DNA of 64,000 bases from Rhizobacter sp. (GTDB taxonomy: Bacteria; Pseudomonadota; Gammaproteobacteria; Burkholderiales; Burkholderiaceae_C): NCBI GenBank assembly GCA_025355745.1, contig JANXZA010000072.1, positions 12,850-76,849 of the forward strand. The letters run 5' to 3'. Shown piece by piece: positions 9,282 through 18,616 of this stretch. Positions within the stretch are counted from its first letter, which is position 1; each line of letters opens with the position of its first letter. The notes below the pieces were generated by a model. It had not been told where the DNA came from and did no database searches. It saw only the letters and a program-made list of their open reading frames with translations. A program made the position numbers and the translations under genes.

Positions 9282-10979
9282 TCAATGACGTTCAGCGTCG
9301 TTCGAATCGGGATACTCGCCGACCGGAAAGATCGTCAACCCGCCGGTCGAGGTCATCGCGCTCGGCGACATGCCGATCTCGCGCAGCAACCCGTCCACGA
9401 ACGGCACCTGGGCCCGATAGCGCAGCGCCGAATTGACGGCCTGATCGGCGAGGCTGCCGACTCGCTTGCCGCTGCCACCACCACCATCGCCCGCCCCGGC
9501 GCCCTCCCCCTGACCCTGCGCCACCGCCCCGCTCAAGCCCGGCAGCCCGTCGACCTGAAGAATCTTGATCGAGTCGATCTTCTCCATCGGCTTCACGCTC
9601 TCGCGGATGATGCTCGGCAGGCTGCGGATCAGGTCTTCCTGCAGCGCGCTGCGCCGGCTGGCTTCGGAGCGCATGTTCTCGGCCTCGTTCAGCTTGCGCC
9701 GGCCTTCGGCGTCGATTTCGTAGCGCACCTTCGCGGCTTCGGCCGCAGCCACCTGCGCCTGCGCCCGGTCGCCCGCCGCCCGCAACTCGGCCGCCGCGCC
9801 GGTGGTGAGCTTGATCGCGTCGCGCTCGGCGTGCTGCGAGGCTTCCACCAGGTCGATCAGCTTGCGGCGCTCGGCGATGGCCGTGTCGCGCACCGTGTTG
9901 ACGCGCTCGGTGGCCTCGACCGCATCGGCCCGCGCGACCTCGGCTGCCGTCTGCGCCTCCGACTGGGCACGCGACTTCTGCGCCACCGCGATGACGCGCT
10001 CCTGTTCCTCCAGTTCGAGGGCGCGGCGGCGCCTGATCTCCAGGGTCTGCAAGTCCTGCTCGCGCAGCAGTTGCTCCGATTCGACCGCCCGCTCCTGCTT
10101 GATGCGCGACTTCTCGATCTCTTCCTTGACGCGGATCTGCGCGGCCTCGATGTCGTGGTCGCGGTCGGTCTTCTCGCGTGCGATCTCGGCGCGCTGCTGG
10201 GCCCGGCGCATCGCGATCTCGCGCTCCTGGGCCATGCGCGCGTACTCGCCTTCCTGATCGATCGCCAGGCCGAGCTTCTCGGACTCGAGGTTCTTCGCGC
10301 GGATCGCGATCTGCGTGTCCTTCTCGATGTCGTTGCGCTTCTTCTTGCGCGTCTCGATCTCCTCGGTCAGGCGGGTCAGGCCTTCGGCGTCAAAGGCGTT
10401 CGACGGGTTGAACTGCTTCATGTCGGCCTGGTCGACGCTGGTCAGCGACACCGCTTCCAGCTCCAGGCCGTTCTCGGTCATGGTGTGGGCGACCAGCTCG
10501 CGCACGCCGCGCACATAGGCGCTGCGGCCTTCGTGGATCTGCTCCATCGTCATGTTGGCTGCGGTGGCGCCCATCGCATCGACGAAGCGGCCCTGCACCA
10601 GCTCGCGCAGCTTCTCGGGGTCGAGCGTGCGGGTGCCCAGGGTGCGCGCGGCAGCGGCCACGCTTTGCGGGTTCGGGATGACGCGCACGAAGAACTCGAC
10701 GATCACCTCGATGCGCATCCGGTTCTTCGTGATCAGCGACTTGTCGCCGGCGCGTCGCACCTCGATGCGCAAGGTGTTCATGCTGACCTCGGCCACGTCG
10801 TGCACGATCGGCAGCACGAACGCGCCGCCGCCCATCACCACCTTTTCGCCGCCCCAGCCGGTGCGCACGAACGACAGGTCCTTCGACGAATGCCGGTACA
10901 GCCAGTGCAGCAGGTACACGACCACCGCCACGACGATCGCCAGCAAGACAATGATTGCAATGATGTCCGCGCCATTCAT
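9282..10979 (-). CDS. Flotillin / SPFH (band 7) family protein
   Basis: N-terminal TM anchor, then FVRTGWGGEKVVMGGGAFVLP, MNTLRIEVRR, FNPSNAFDAEGLTRL and a long EA/ER-rich coiled coil. GAGGAG RBS before ATG 10979. Confidence 0.93.
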   Translation of the reverse strand: MNGADIIAIIVLLAIVVAVVVYLLHWLYRHSSKDLSFVRTGWGGEKVVMGGGAFVLPIVHDVAEVSMNTLRIEVRRAGDKSLITKNRMRIEVIVEFFVRVIPNPQSVAAAARTLGTRTLDPEKLRELVQGRFVDAMGATAANMTMEQIHEGRSAYVRGVRELVAHTMTENGLELEAVSLTSVDQADMKQFNPSNAFDAEGLTRLTEEIETRKKKRNDIEKDTQIAIRAKNLESEKLGLAIDQEGEYARMAQEREIAMRRAQQRAEIAREKTDRDHDIEAAQIRVKEEIEKSRIKQERAVESEQLLREQDLQTLEIRRRRALELEEQERVIAVAQKSRAQSEAQTAAEVARADAVEATERVNTVRDTAIAERRKLIDLVEASQHAERDAIKLTTGAAAELRAAGDRAQAQVAAAEAAKVRYEIDAEGRRKLNEAENMRSEASRRSALQEDLIRSLPSIIRESVKPMEKIDSIKILQVDGLPGLSGAVAQGQGEGAGAGDGGGGSGKRVGSLADQAVNSALRYRAQVPFVDGLLREIGMSPSAMTSTGGLTIFPVGEYPDSNDAERH

Positions 10980-11034
10980 GCTCTGCTCCTCGTTCAAGAA
11001 TTCAATGCCGGATTGATGCCGGCTCACTGCCGGT

Positions 11035-11739
11035 TCAATGGCTCGCCGTGCCCGCTTCCCGCATCCCCACCGCCAGGAACGTCAGGCCGAATGCGACCAG
11101 GTTGACGAGGTCGGCGAGGTTGTAGGTGGTGTGCAGATAGCGCAGCTCGGTCGGCCCGGTGAAGGCGGCGATGAAGAAGCACAGCGGGTAGATCGCCCAG
11201 CCGATCGTCATGATCAGGCGCAGCCAGAAGTAGCCCTGCTGCACGGCTTCGCTGCCATGCCGCGCGCTGCGCTCGCTGAGCTTGCCGAAGAAGACTTCGC
11301 CCAGGATGTAGAGCCACATGGCCAGCGAGATCAGGAAGCCCAGCGTCGGGTGCATCAACTGCGTCTCGCCCATGAAGCGCGCCAGCACCAGCAGCACCGC
11401 AGCCACCAGCAGGCGCCAGAACACGCCCACCGGCACCGGCGCGAACGCGCGCACGAAGAAATAGACGGCCACCACCTGCAGCGGCAGCGTCAGGAACCAG
11501 CCGACGTAGCGGTGAATCATCGTCAGCTGGCCGGTCGCCAGCCACACATCGGTGGCCAGCATGTAATGCGCGGCCGAGATCAGCGTGGCGATGCCGGCGA
11601 GCGCGATCGGCAGCTTCCAGCGCCGCTGCACCCAGGCCGTGCCGGCGAGCAGCAGCACGGTGGCCGCGAACGTGGCGATCATGAGCAGCACGAAGGTGCC
11701 GCTGGCGATGTCTTGCGCTCCGAGTAACTTGACGATCAT
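11035..11739 (-). CDS. Proteorhodopsin-family opsin lacking the retinal-binding lysine (flotillin-associated rhodopsin-like)
   Basis: 7 TM. AAHY, HRYVGWFLTLPLQ, GWAIYP and YNLADLVNLVAFGL align with the proteorhodopsin motifs FWHY, FRYIDWLLTVPLL, GWAIYP and YNLADFVNKILFGL; K is replaced by L and D by G. Confidence 0.9.
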   Translation of the reverse strand: MIVKLLGAQDIASGTFVLLMIATFAATVLLLAGTAWVQRRWKLPIALAGIATLISAAHYMLATDVWLATGQLTMIHRYVGWFLTLPLQVVAVYFFVRAFAPVPVGVFWRLLVAAVLLVLARFMGETQLMHPTLGFLISLAMWLYILGEVFFGKLSERSARHGSEAVQQGYFWLRLIMTIGWAIYPLCFFIAAFTGPTELRYLHTTYNLADLVNLVAFGLTFLAVGMREAGTASH

Positions 11740-11755
11740 GTCCCGGCCTCTTGAT

Positions 11756-13177
11756 CTAGATTTGCGTTCGGATGTGCGGCGACCTGGCGTAGAGCGCCAC
11801 CATCGGCAGGATCAGCAGCCCGAACACGAACTGCTGCCACTCGAACTTCAGGCCGATGCCGACCAGGAACGAGGTCAGCACCTGCAGCACCAGCACGCCG
11901 ATGACGGTGAAGCCGTAGCCGCCGTAGCCGCCGAGCAGCGAGGTGCCGCCCATCACCACCGCCGCCAGTGTCATGAACAAGTACGGGTTGCCCACGCCGA
12001 TGAAGCCGCCCCCGCTCCAGCCGAGCAGCAAGGCGCCGGTGAGGGCCGCCACGGCGCCGCTCACCATGTAGGCGCCGACCCAATAGCGGCGCTCGGAGAT
12101 CATCAGCCGCGCCGCCGACAGGCGATTCCCGCCGAGCGCATAGAGGTGGCGCCCATAGACGCTGTTCTTCAGCCCGTAGACCAGCAGCGCGGCCAGGCCG
12201 ATCCAGATCAGGATCACCGGCGGCAGCGGCAGGCCGAAGGTGCGGCCGTTCATCGCGGCGAGGTTGCGCAGCCAGTCGGGTACGCTGCCGAAGACATTGC
12301 CGCTGTAGGCGCTGCCGATGCTGGTGAGAATCTGCGTCAGGCCGGAGATCGCGAAGCCGATGCCGAGTGTCAGGATCAGGGCTTGGCCTTGCAGCCGAAA
12401 GCTCAGCAGACCGTTGATGAAACCCACCAGCGCGCCGAGCGCGATGATCAGCAGCACTGCGATCCAGCCCGGCACGCCCAGGCCGATCAGGTACAGCAGG
12501 CCGACGTTCGACGAGCCGATCACGAACGGAATCGACAGGTCCAGCCCGCCAAGCAGCGCGACCAGCGTCTGGCCCACGCAGGCCAGGCCGAGGAACGACG
12601 CGAAGACCAGCATCGACTTGATGTTCGTCGTCGAGGCGAAGCCCTCGACCGTGAACGAGCCGATCGCGAACAGTGCGGCCAGCACCGTCAGGCCGATGAA
12701 GGCGCTGCGGTTGCCCTCGAACACCTTGCTGACCTTGACGGCAAAGACCAGCAGCGCGGCGACCACCAACAACGCGATGACGTTGCCCAGCGTGAAGAAG
12801 GCCGTGGCCGTGACCGAGGCGATCAGGAACACCGCGAGCAGGATCAGCAAGGCGATCAACAGGGCGCGATTGCGCAGCAGGAATTGCTTGAAGGCGGCGC
12901 GCGCACCGGGCCGCTCGCTGGCATCCGGCGCACCCGCTGATTCGGCCGCTGCCGTTGGCTCACGGGACGACCCACCGGACGGCTCACCCATCGCCCCCGG
13001 CAGTGCGAACGAATTCCAGGCCCAGACCACCAGCGCGAAGGTGGCGGCGGTGTAGAAGATGACGTTCTGCGCAGGCTGGGATTGCCACAGGCCCAGGATC
13101 AAGCCGAGCCCGGCGACGAGCCCGGCCGTCGCCAGGCCGACCCATTTGCGCAGCGCGAAGGAAGCGGTATCACGCAT
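11756..13177 (-). CDS. Sugar-type (RbsC-like) ABC permease with N-terminal extra membrane region
   Basis: GQTLVALLGGLDLS, YGRHLYALGGNRLSAARLMI, LAAVVMGGTSLLGGYG; about 150 extra N-terminal residues. Confidence 0.88.
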   Translation of the reverse strand: MRDTASFALRKWVGLATAGLVAGLGLILGLWQSQPAQNVIFYTAATFALVVWAWNSFALPGAMGEPSGGSSREPTAAAESAGAPDASERPGARAAFKQFLLRNRALLIALLILLAVFLIASVTATAFFTLGNVIALLVVAALLVFAVKVSKVFEGNRSAFIGLTVLAALFAIGSFTVEGFASTTNIKSMLVFASFLGLACVGQTLVALLGGLDLSIPFVIGSSNVGLLYLIGLGVPGWIAVLLIIALGALVGFINGLLSFRLQGQALILTLGIGFAISGLTQILTSIGSAYSGNVFGSVPDWLRNLAAMNGRTFGLPLPPVILIWIGLAALLVYGLKNSVYGRHLYALGGNRLSAARLMISERRYWVGAYMVSGAVAALTGALLLGWSGGGFIGVGNPYLFMTLAAVVMGGTSLLGGYGGYGFTVIGVLVLQVLTSFLVGIGLKFEWQQFVFGLLILPMVALYARSPHIRTQI

Positions 13178-14549
13178 GGCTCAGCAGCCAGACACCGAGC
13201 ACGATGACGGCGGCAAACCCGCCGTAGAGCACCGGCGTCATCGTGCGGGCACGCGTCTGCGAGACGGTGACGCGCAGGAACAGCAGCAGCGCGAGCAGTA
13301 GCAGCGCGGCCAGCGCGGTGGTGCGTTGCAGCGCGGTCAATGAGAACGAGGCGCCCGCCGAGGGCGCATCGAAGATGAACGAATCGACCGGACGCGCGGT
13401 GGCGCGCGGCGCTTGCGTCTGCGTCTGTGTCTGCGCCTGCTTCTGCGTCTGCGGCGCATCGAGCGCGACCCTTTCGGCCGGCGGGTACTTCGCATAGTCG
13501 TGCTTGGCATGCAGCATGACCCCTGCGAACAGCAGCGACAGCACGACGAAGACGAGGAACGGCGACAGCCGTCGCGCATGCCGCTGCACATGCGGCAGCG
13601 CCACCGTCAACAGCAGCGACAGCACCAGGATGACGCCGTAGGCCAGGTCGGTGACGAAGCCCTGCACCATGCCGAAGTTGAAGGTCGCGAGCACATAGCC
13701 GATCAGGAACAGGTTCAAGGCGCCGAGCAGCGAGCCGATCACCCCGCCGCGCCCACCGGCCAGGCTGGTGCCACCGAGCACCAGCGCGGTCACGGCGATC
13801 AGCGTGTAGGTCGTGCCCTGCGTCGGGTCGCCCGAGCCGATCAGCGCGGTGTAGCAAAGCGCGGCCAGGCCGATGAAGGCGCCCGAGATGCAGTGCGCGC
13901 CGATGCGCACGATGCTGATGCGAACGCCGCTGGTGTAGGCGGCGCGCTCGTCCGACCCCATCAGGCGCAGGTGGCCGTAGAACGCGCTGCGCGTGAAGAG
14001 CAGCCACGCGGCGGTGCACACGACCAGAATCAGCAGCACCGGCGACAGCAGGGTGTCGCCCAGGCCCCAGGGCAGCATCCATTCCGGTGCCGAGCCGCCC
14101 GGCCGGGGGAGGATCACGAGGTTGATGCCGGACAGCGCGAGGTAGCCGCTCAGCGCCACGATGATGGGCTGCACGCGCACGAAGATGATCACCAGCGCCA
14201 TCAGCAACTGATACGCCACTCCCACCGCGATGACGTAGGCGAACACCGCCAGCGGCGAGGTAACGAGGTCCAGGCCGCTGAACTGCACCAGCGTCACGTT
14301 GATGAAGCCGAGCAAGGGGCCGACCGAAAGATCGACAGTGCCGCGCCCGGCCATCGCCGTGGCCATCAAGCCGTAGGTGGCCAGCACCAGCGGCGCGGTC
14401 ACGAGCACCGCGCTGCCGATGCCGGCGCTGGAGATCAGGCTCGGGCCGCGCAGCACGGCGACGATCAGCAACGCGAACAGCATCAGGATCGGCACCAGCA
14501 GGTAAGTGCTGGTCGCCGTGGAGGGCAGGTGGACGCGCGCGTCGGCCAT
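13170..14549 (-). CDS. Sugar-type (RbsC-like) ABC permease with C-terminal extra membrane region
   Basis: GTVDLSVG, LRLMGSDERAAYTSGV, VTALVLGGTSLAGGRGG; about 130-aa C-terminal extension with a QTQTQ linker; overlaps the next gene by 8 bp. Confidence 0.88.
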   Translation of the reverse strand: MADARVHLPSTATSTYLLVPILMLFALLIVAVLRGPSLISSAGIGSAVLVTAPLVLATYGLMATAMAGRGTVDLSVGPLLGFINVTLVQFSGLDLVTSPLAVFAYVIAVGVAYQLLMALVIIFVRVQPIIVALSGYLALSGINLVILPRPGGSAPEWMLPWGLGDTLLSPVLLILVVCTAAWLLFTRSAFYGHLRLMGSDERAAYTSGVRISIVRIGAHCISGAFIGLAALCYTALIGSGDPTQGTTYTLIAVTALVLGGTSLAGGRGGVIGSLLGALNLFLIGYVLATFNFGMVQGFVTDLAYGVILVLSLLLTVALPHVQRHARRLSPFLVFVVLSLLFAGVMLHAKHDYAKYPPAERVALDAPQTQKQAQTQTQTQAPRATARPVDSFIFDAPSAGASFSLTALQRTTALAALLLLALLLFLRVTVSQTRARTMTPVLYGGFAAVIVLGVWLLSHA

Positions 14550-14621
14550 GGGGTGGCGATGCTGGGTTCAGGTCGGCGGGGTGGCGGGCAAGTGGCGCGT
14601 GGGTGTCAGCTCACCTGCGGC

Positions 14622-15686
14622 CTAGCGCCGCGCGCGGCTGCCGCGTCCCGCGTCGACGTCGAGCACGCGCACCGAACCCCGGTCGGTGCCGGCGGGAGTC
14701 GGGCTCCTGTACGAAGGCGATTCGGCACTGGCGGTGGCCCGGCCTTGCGTTGCGCGCTCGGCGCCGCGACCGGGCTCATCACGGCCCGTGTCGCGGCCGC
14801 TGTCACGTCCCGCGCGCTCCGTCGATCGCCCGGCTTCGCGATCCGACTGCACGATCTTCTTCAACACCGGCATCAAGTATTCCTTGAACAGCTCCGGGTT
14901 CTCGGACATCGGGAAATGACCGATGTTTTCCATGATGATGCACTCCGAGTTCTTGACCTTGTCGGCCGTCTGCTGCGTCATCTCGGGCGTGCAGGCGAAG
15001 TCGTAGACGCCGGTCATGAAGTAGATCGGAACGCGCCCGGAGATCTTCCGGCACAGCTCGCGGTAGTCGTGGTCGACGCTGTAGAAATGCAGGTCGCCCT
15101 TGAACACGCCGGGGCCGCCCTGCGCATAGAACCACCAGGTTTCCCAGCGGTAGTCGTTCGGGCTTTGCGGCGCCATCAGGCCGAAGGTGGCCGTGGCGCA
15201 GACCTCGCCGCCATGGATGTGCGGGTGCATCAACGGGTCGATCCACCAGCCCGGCGAATGGTCGCAGGCCTCGATCGCGATCAGCGCCGAGACTTCGTCT
15301 TCATAGTGCAGCGCCAGCGGCAGGCAGACGTTGCCGCCCATCGAGCTGCCCATGATGACGGGCTTTTTCAGCTCCAGCGCGCGGCAGAACGCCATCACGA
15401 ACTCGGCATAGAACTTGGAGGTGAGCTTGTATTCCTCTTCTTCCTTGTAGAAGTCGCCCGGCGGGTTCGATTTGCCGTGGCGTGGCAGGTCGAACGCGAT
15501 GACGTGAAAATTCTTCGCGATCTCCGCATCGCAGAGTTGATGCCGCCACTCGCGCCCGTCGGTGCCTGCGGTGTGCAGGCACACGAGCGGAATGCCCTGG
15601 CCGTTTTCCTCGTAGTAGGTGCGGTAGGTTTCGCCTTCGCACTGCACATAGACGTAGCGCCCAACGATCGGGTCGAACTTGGCCAT
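14622..15686 (-). CDS. Alpha/beta hydrolase with low-complexity C-terminal tail
   Basis: LVCLHTAG, AFDLPRHGKS, GSSMGG nucleophile elbow, GHFPMSENP. AAAGGA RBS before ATG 15686. Confidence 0.9.
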   Translation of the reverse strand: MAKFDPIVGRYVYVQCEGETYRTYYEENGQGIPLVCLHTAGTDGREWRHQLCDAEIAKNFHVIAFDLPRHGKSNPPGDFYKEEEEYKLTSKFYAEFVMAFCRALELKKPVIMGSSMGGNVCLPLALHYEDEVSALIAIEACDHSPGWWIDPLMHPHIHGGEVCATATFGLMAPQSPNDYRWETWWFYAQGGPGVFKGDLHFYSVDHDYRELCRKISGRVPIYFMTGVYDFACTPEMTQQTADKVKNSECIIMENIGHFPMSENPELFKEYLMPVLKKIVQSDREAGRSTERAGRDSGRDTGRDEPGRGAERATQGRATASAESPSYRSPTPAGTDRGSVRVLDVDAGRGSRARR

Positions 15687-15749
15687 TTTCGGATTCCTTT
15701 TGAGGGGTGACGGGCGGCGGGTGGCAGGCAGCAAGGCTGGGCCGGCGCG

Positions 15750-16154
15750 TCAGACTTCGCGCATCACCGCGAGCATCCAGGACAGCGCGCGCAGGTTCTG
15801 CCAGAACGGCTTGGTGTCGCCTTCGATCTTCAGCCTGCCGTGCAGCGGGTGGGCCATGGCCCAGATGTCGTTGTACATGGGCGGCGGCATCGGCTGCACG
15901 AAGCGGCTCCACGATCCCGCCGGGGCCCGCAATGCAAACTGCCAGCCCATCATGTTCGCGCTCACGCCTTCCGAGACCTGCTGGATGCGGCCCTCGCGCA
16001 CCACGACCAGGTAGTCCCGGTCGTCGATGCCGACGACGAAATTGACGCTGAAGAAGCGGCCGATGACGCGCAGCACGCGGTCGTCGTTGACCTTGTTGGC
16101 CCAGGATTCGAACCAGTCAAGGTCCAGCGGAGCCGATGCGGTGTACCGAGTCAT
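15750..16154 (-). CDS. Hypothetical protein, possibly SCP2/sterol-carrier-like fold
   Basis: 134 aa; the pattern FVVGID..YLVVVREGRI..WQFALRA..W..GRLKIEGD..F resembles SCP2-like domains (by eye). Confidence 0.6.
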   Translation of the reverse strand: MTRYTASAPLDLDWFESWANKVNDDRVLRVIGRFFSVNFVVGIDDRDYLVVVREGRIQQVSEGVSANMMGWQFALRAPAGSWSRFVQPMPPPMYNDIWAMAHPLHGRLKIEGDTKPFWQNLRALSWMLAVMREV

Positions 16155-16194
16155 GGTCTGGGTTCCTCAGTGGGGGTCGGTCGATTCCCTATTC

Positions 16195-16234
16195 CTCCCC
16201 CTCTCCCGCTCGCGGGAGAGGGTTGGGGCGAGGG
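16195..16234. repeat. REP-like hairpin, family B (CCCTCTCCC...GGGAGAGGG)
   Basis: CCCTCTCCCGCTCGCGGGAGAGGGTTGGGGCGAGGG; a related copy in the opposite orientation lies at 23824-23885. Confidence 0.7.
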
Positions 16235-16270
16235 CGGTTGGTGGCGCAAACATACTGCTGATCGTTTCCG

Positions 16271-18487
16271 TCACGCGGTCGGCAACGGCTGCGAGGCCGG
16301 CCCGTAGAGGCCGGTCAGGCTCGCGGTCTTGATCGTCATCGGCAACACCGCAGTGACGAAATCAACGTAGTTCGCCGTCTCCGCAAGCTGCAGCGTCTCG
16401 CACTTCAATGCGTACAACGTGAAGACGTAACGGTGCGCCGCGTCGGGCGGCCACGGCCCGCCGTAGCCTTTGCCGAAACCGGGAACGGCGAAGGTCACGA
16501 AGTCGCTGTTCAGCTCCTTCATGCCGGGCGGCAGCAGGCTCTTCGCACCGGCCCCTTCGACAAGCTTGCGCGTGCCGGCCGGAATGTCGTGCGCCAGCCA
16601 GTGGGCGAAGGCGCGCGGGAAGTTGAAGTGCGCCGGAAGGTCGGGGTCGGTGATGGCGAGCGCAAAGCTTTTCGTCCCCTTCGGCGGGTGCTCCCACAGG
16701 ATCGGCGGGGAGACGCGGTTGTGTTCGGCGTAGCGCGCGGGAATGCGCGCACCTTCGTCGAACGCGGGTGACCACAGCTCGAACAGGCCGTCGGCGAGGG
16801 GCTCGTCAGCCGGTGCTTTTGGCGGCGTCGAGTCCGCCGTGGCCGGGCCGCTGGCTGCCGGCGGCGAAGCGCCGTGCGGCCGGGCAGCGTGCGCGCCGCG
16901 CGCCTGGCCGAACATCGCCTGCAGCACCGCTGCGGGGTGAACCGCAGCGCCCGTCAGTTCCTCGAAGATGCCGCCGCCGCGGAACACCAGCACACGCTCG
17001 CACAGACCGACCAGTTCCTCAATCTCGCTGGACAAGTAGACGACCGATTTGCCGGTCGCCGCGAAGTCCGTCAGGTACTGGTACAGATCGCTCTTGGCGC
17101 TGACGTCGACGCCGCGTGCCGGATCGTTGAGCACCAGAATCGTCGGGTTCAGCGCGAACGCGCGGCCGATCAGCACCTTCTGCTGGTTGCCGCCTGAAAG
17201 CGACGTTATGCGGTCGCTGCGGTCGCCCATGCGAACCGCGAGTTTGCGCGCCTCCCAGTCGAACACGCTGCCCAGTGCGGCCCAGTCGAGGATCTTCAGC
17301 TTGCCGGCCCGGCTGCTGCTGCGGTAGCGCGGCAGCAGCAGGTTCTCGAAGATGCCCAGGTTCGGGAAAATGCCTTCGCGCTTGCGGTCGCCAGACACAT
17401 ACGACACGCCGCAGTCGGCCGCGTCGGCCAGGCTGCGCACCGGCACGAAGCCCAGGCCCGGGTGCAACACCGTCGGCGCGCCATGAGCGGCACGGTCCAC
17501 TCCCGCCAGGATGCGCACGAACTCGCTCTGGCCCTGGCCGTCGAGACCGGCGATGCCGAGAATCTCGCCGCGATGCAGGTGGAACGACACGTCCGGCCCG
17601 CCCGGCCAGACCTTCAGGCCGGCGGCCTGCATCAGCAGCTCGGGTGCGTGTACTGCGGCGTCGGTGGCGGCGCGCGCCGCATGGGCGGCCCCGCCTGCCG
17701 CGGTCGGAACCTGGACCTGGGCGCTGGCCCTGCCCGTCATGAGCTGCAACAGGTTCTTTTCGGTGATCTGCTGGCGCTCCAGCACGCCGACATCGCGCCC
17801 GTCGCGCAGCACCGTGGCGCGATCGGAGATCTCGATCAACTCAGCAATGCGGTGCGTGACGATGATGATGGCCGAGCCTTCATCCCGAAGCTGGCGCAGC
17901 TTGGCGAACAGGCGCTGTGTCGAGTCGAGATCGAGCGCCGCCGACGATTCGTCGAGGATCAGCGCGCGCGGCTTGCACAGCAGCGCGCGGCCGATCGTGA
18001 TCCATTGCTTCAGGCCGAGCGGCAGGGTGCCGACGAGCGTGCCGGGGTCGATCGGCAGGCCGGTCAGCTCAAGCATCAGGGCCTGGGCGGCCGCCACCTT
18101 GGCGCGCTGCGGCATGGCACGCGAGAACAGGGCATCGGCACCGAGGAAGAGGTTGTCGACGACCGAGCTTTCGTCGGCCACCATCACCTCCTGGAAGACA
18201 GTGGCGATGCCGACCTGACGCGCCTCGTGCGGCGAGGTCGGCGTGTGGCCGAAGACCAGCACCTGGCCGCTGTCGGGTGGCAGCACGCCCGACAGCACTT
18301 TGGCCAGGGTGCTCTTGCCGCAGCCGTTACCGCCGACGATGGCGTGGATCTCGCCGCGCGAGGCGCTGAAACTGCAGCCGTCCAGCGCCTTCGTCACCCC
18401 GAAGGTCTTGCGCACGCCGACCACGAAAATGTCGCGCGGCGCGGCCGTTCGTGGGGCTTCGCGTTCAAGCGCCGGAGTGTCGAGCAT
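16271..18487 (-). CDS. Sugar ABC ATP-binding protein (tandem NBD) fused to a C-terminal YbhB/YbcL (PEBP) domain
   Basis: Walker A GGNGCGKST, LILDESSAALD and LSGGNQQK, then an Ala/Pro linker and FELWSPAF..GARIP..SPPILW..PKGTKSFALAITDPD..FAHW..YGGPWPP..HRYVFTLYAL. Start uncertain (18487 chosen). Confidence 0.88.
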   Translation of the reverse strand: MLDTPALEREAPRTAAPRDIFVVGVRKTFGVTKALDGCSFSASRGEIHAIVGGNGCGKSTLAKVLSGVLPPDSGQVLVFGHTPTSPHEARQVGIATVFQEVMVADESSVVDNLFLGADALFSRAMPQRAKVAAAQALMLELTGLPIDPGTLVGTLPLGLKQWITIGRALLCKPRALILDESSAALDLDSTQRLFAKLRQLRDEGSAIIIVTHRIAELIEISDRATVLRDGRDVGVLERQQITEKNLLQLMTGRASAQVQVPTAAGGAAHAARAATDAAVHAPELLMQAAGLKVWPGGPDVSFHLHRGEILGIAGLDGQGQSEFVRILAGVDRAAHGAPTVLHPGLGFVPVRSLADAADCGVSYVSGDRKREGIFPNLGIFENLLLPRYRSSSRAGKLKILDWAALGSVFDWEARKLAVRMGDRSDRITSLSGGNQQKVLIGRAFALNPTILVLNDPARGVDVSAKSDLYQYLTDFAATGKSVVYLSSEIEELVGLCERVLVFRGGGIFEELTGAAVHPAAVLQAMFGQARGAHAARPHGASPPAASGPATADSTPPKAPADEPLADGLFELWSPAFDEGARIPARYAEHNRVSPPILWEHPPKGTKSFALAITDPDLPAHFNFPRAFAHWLAHDIPAGTRKLVEGAGAKSLLPPGMKELNSDFVTFAVPGFGKGYGGPWPPDAAHRYVFTLYALKCETLQLAETANYVDFVTAVLPMTIKTASLTGLYGPASQPLPTA

Positions 18488-18616
18488 GGTCAAGGCCGAC
18501 GAATCAAGCGTGGAGCGTTCGCGTGTGCGGGCGGGCGGATCAGGGCTGGCAGCGGCGACGGGTTGTGAGGCCGGTCGTGGGCGCAAAGCGCAGCAACTCA
18601 CCGCACAAATTCACCG

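Noticed and set aside
11035-11739. Functional light-driven proton pump
   Set aside because: Lacks the Schiff-base Lys, the proton acceptor Asp and the donor Glu; no retinal synthesis genes in the window.
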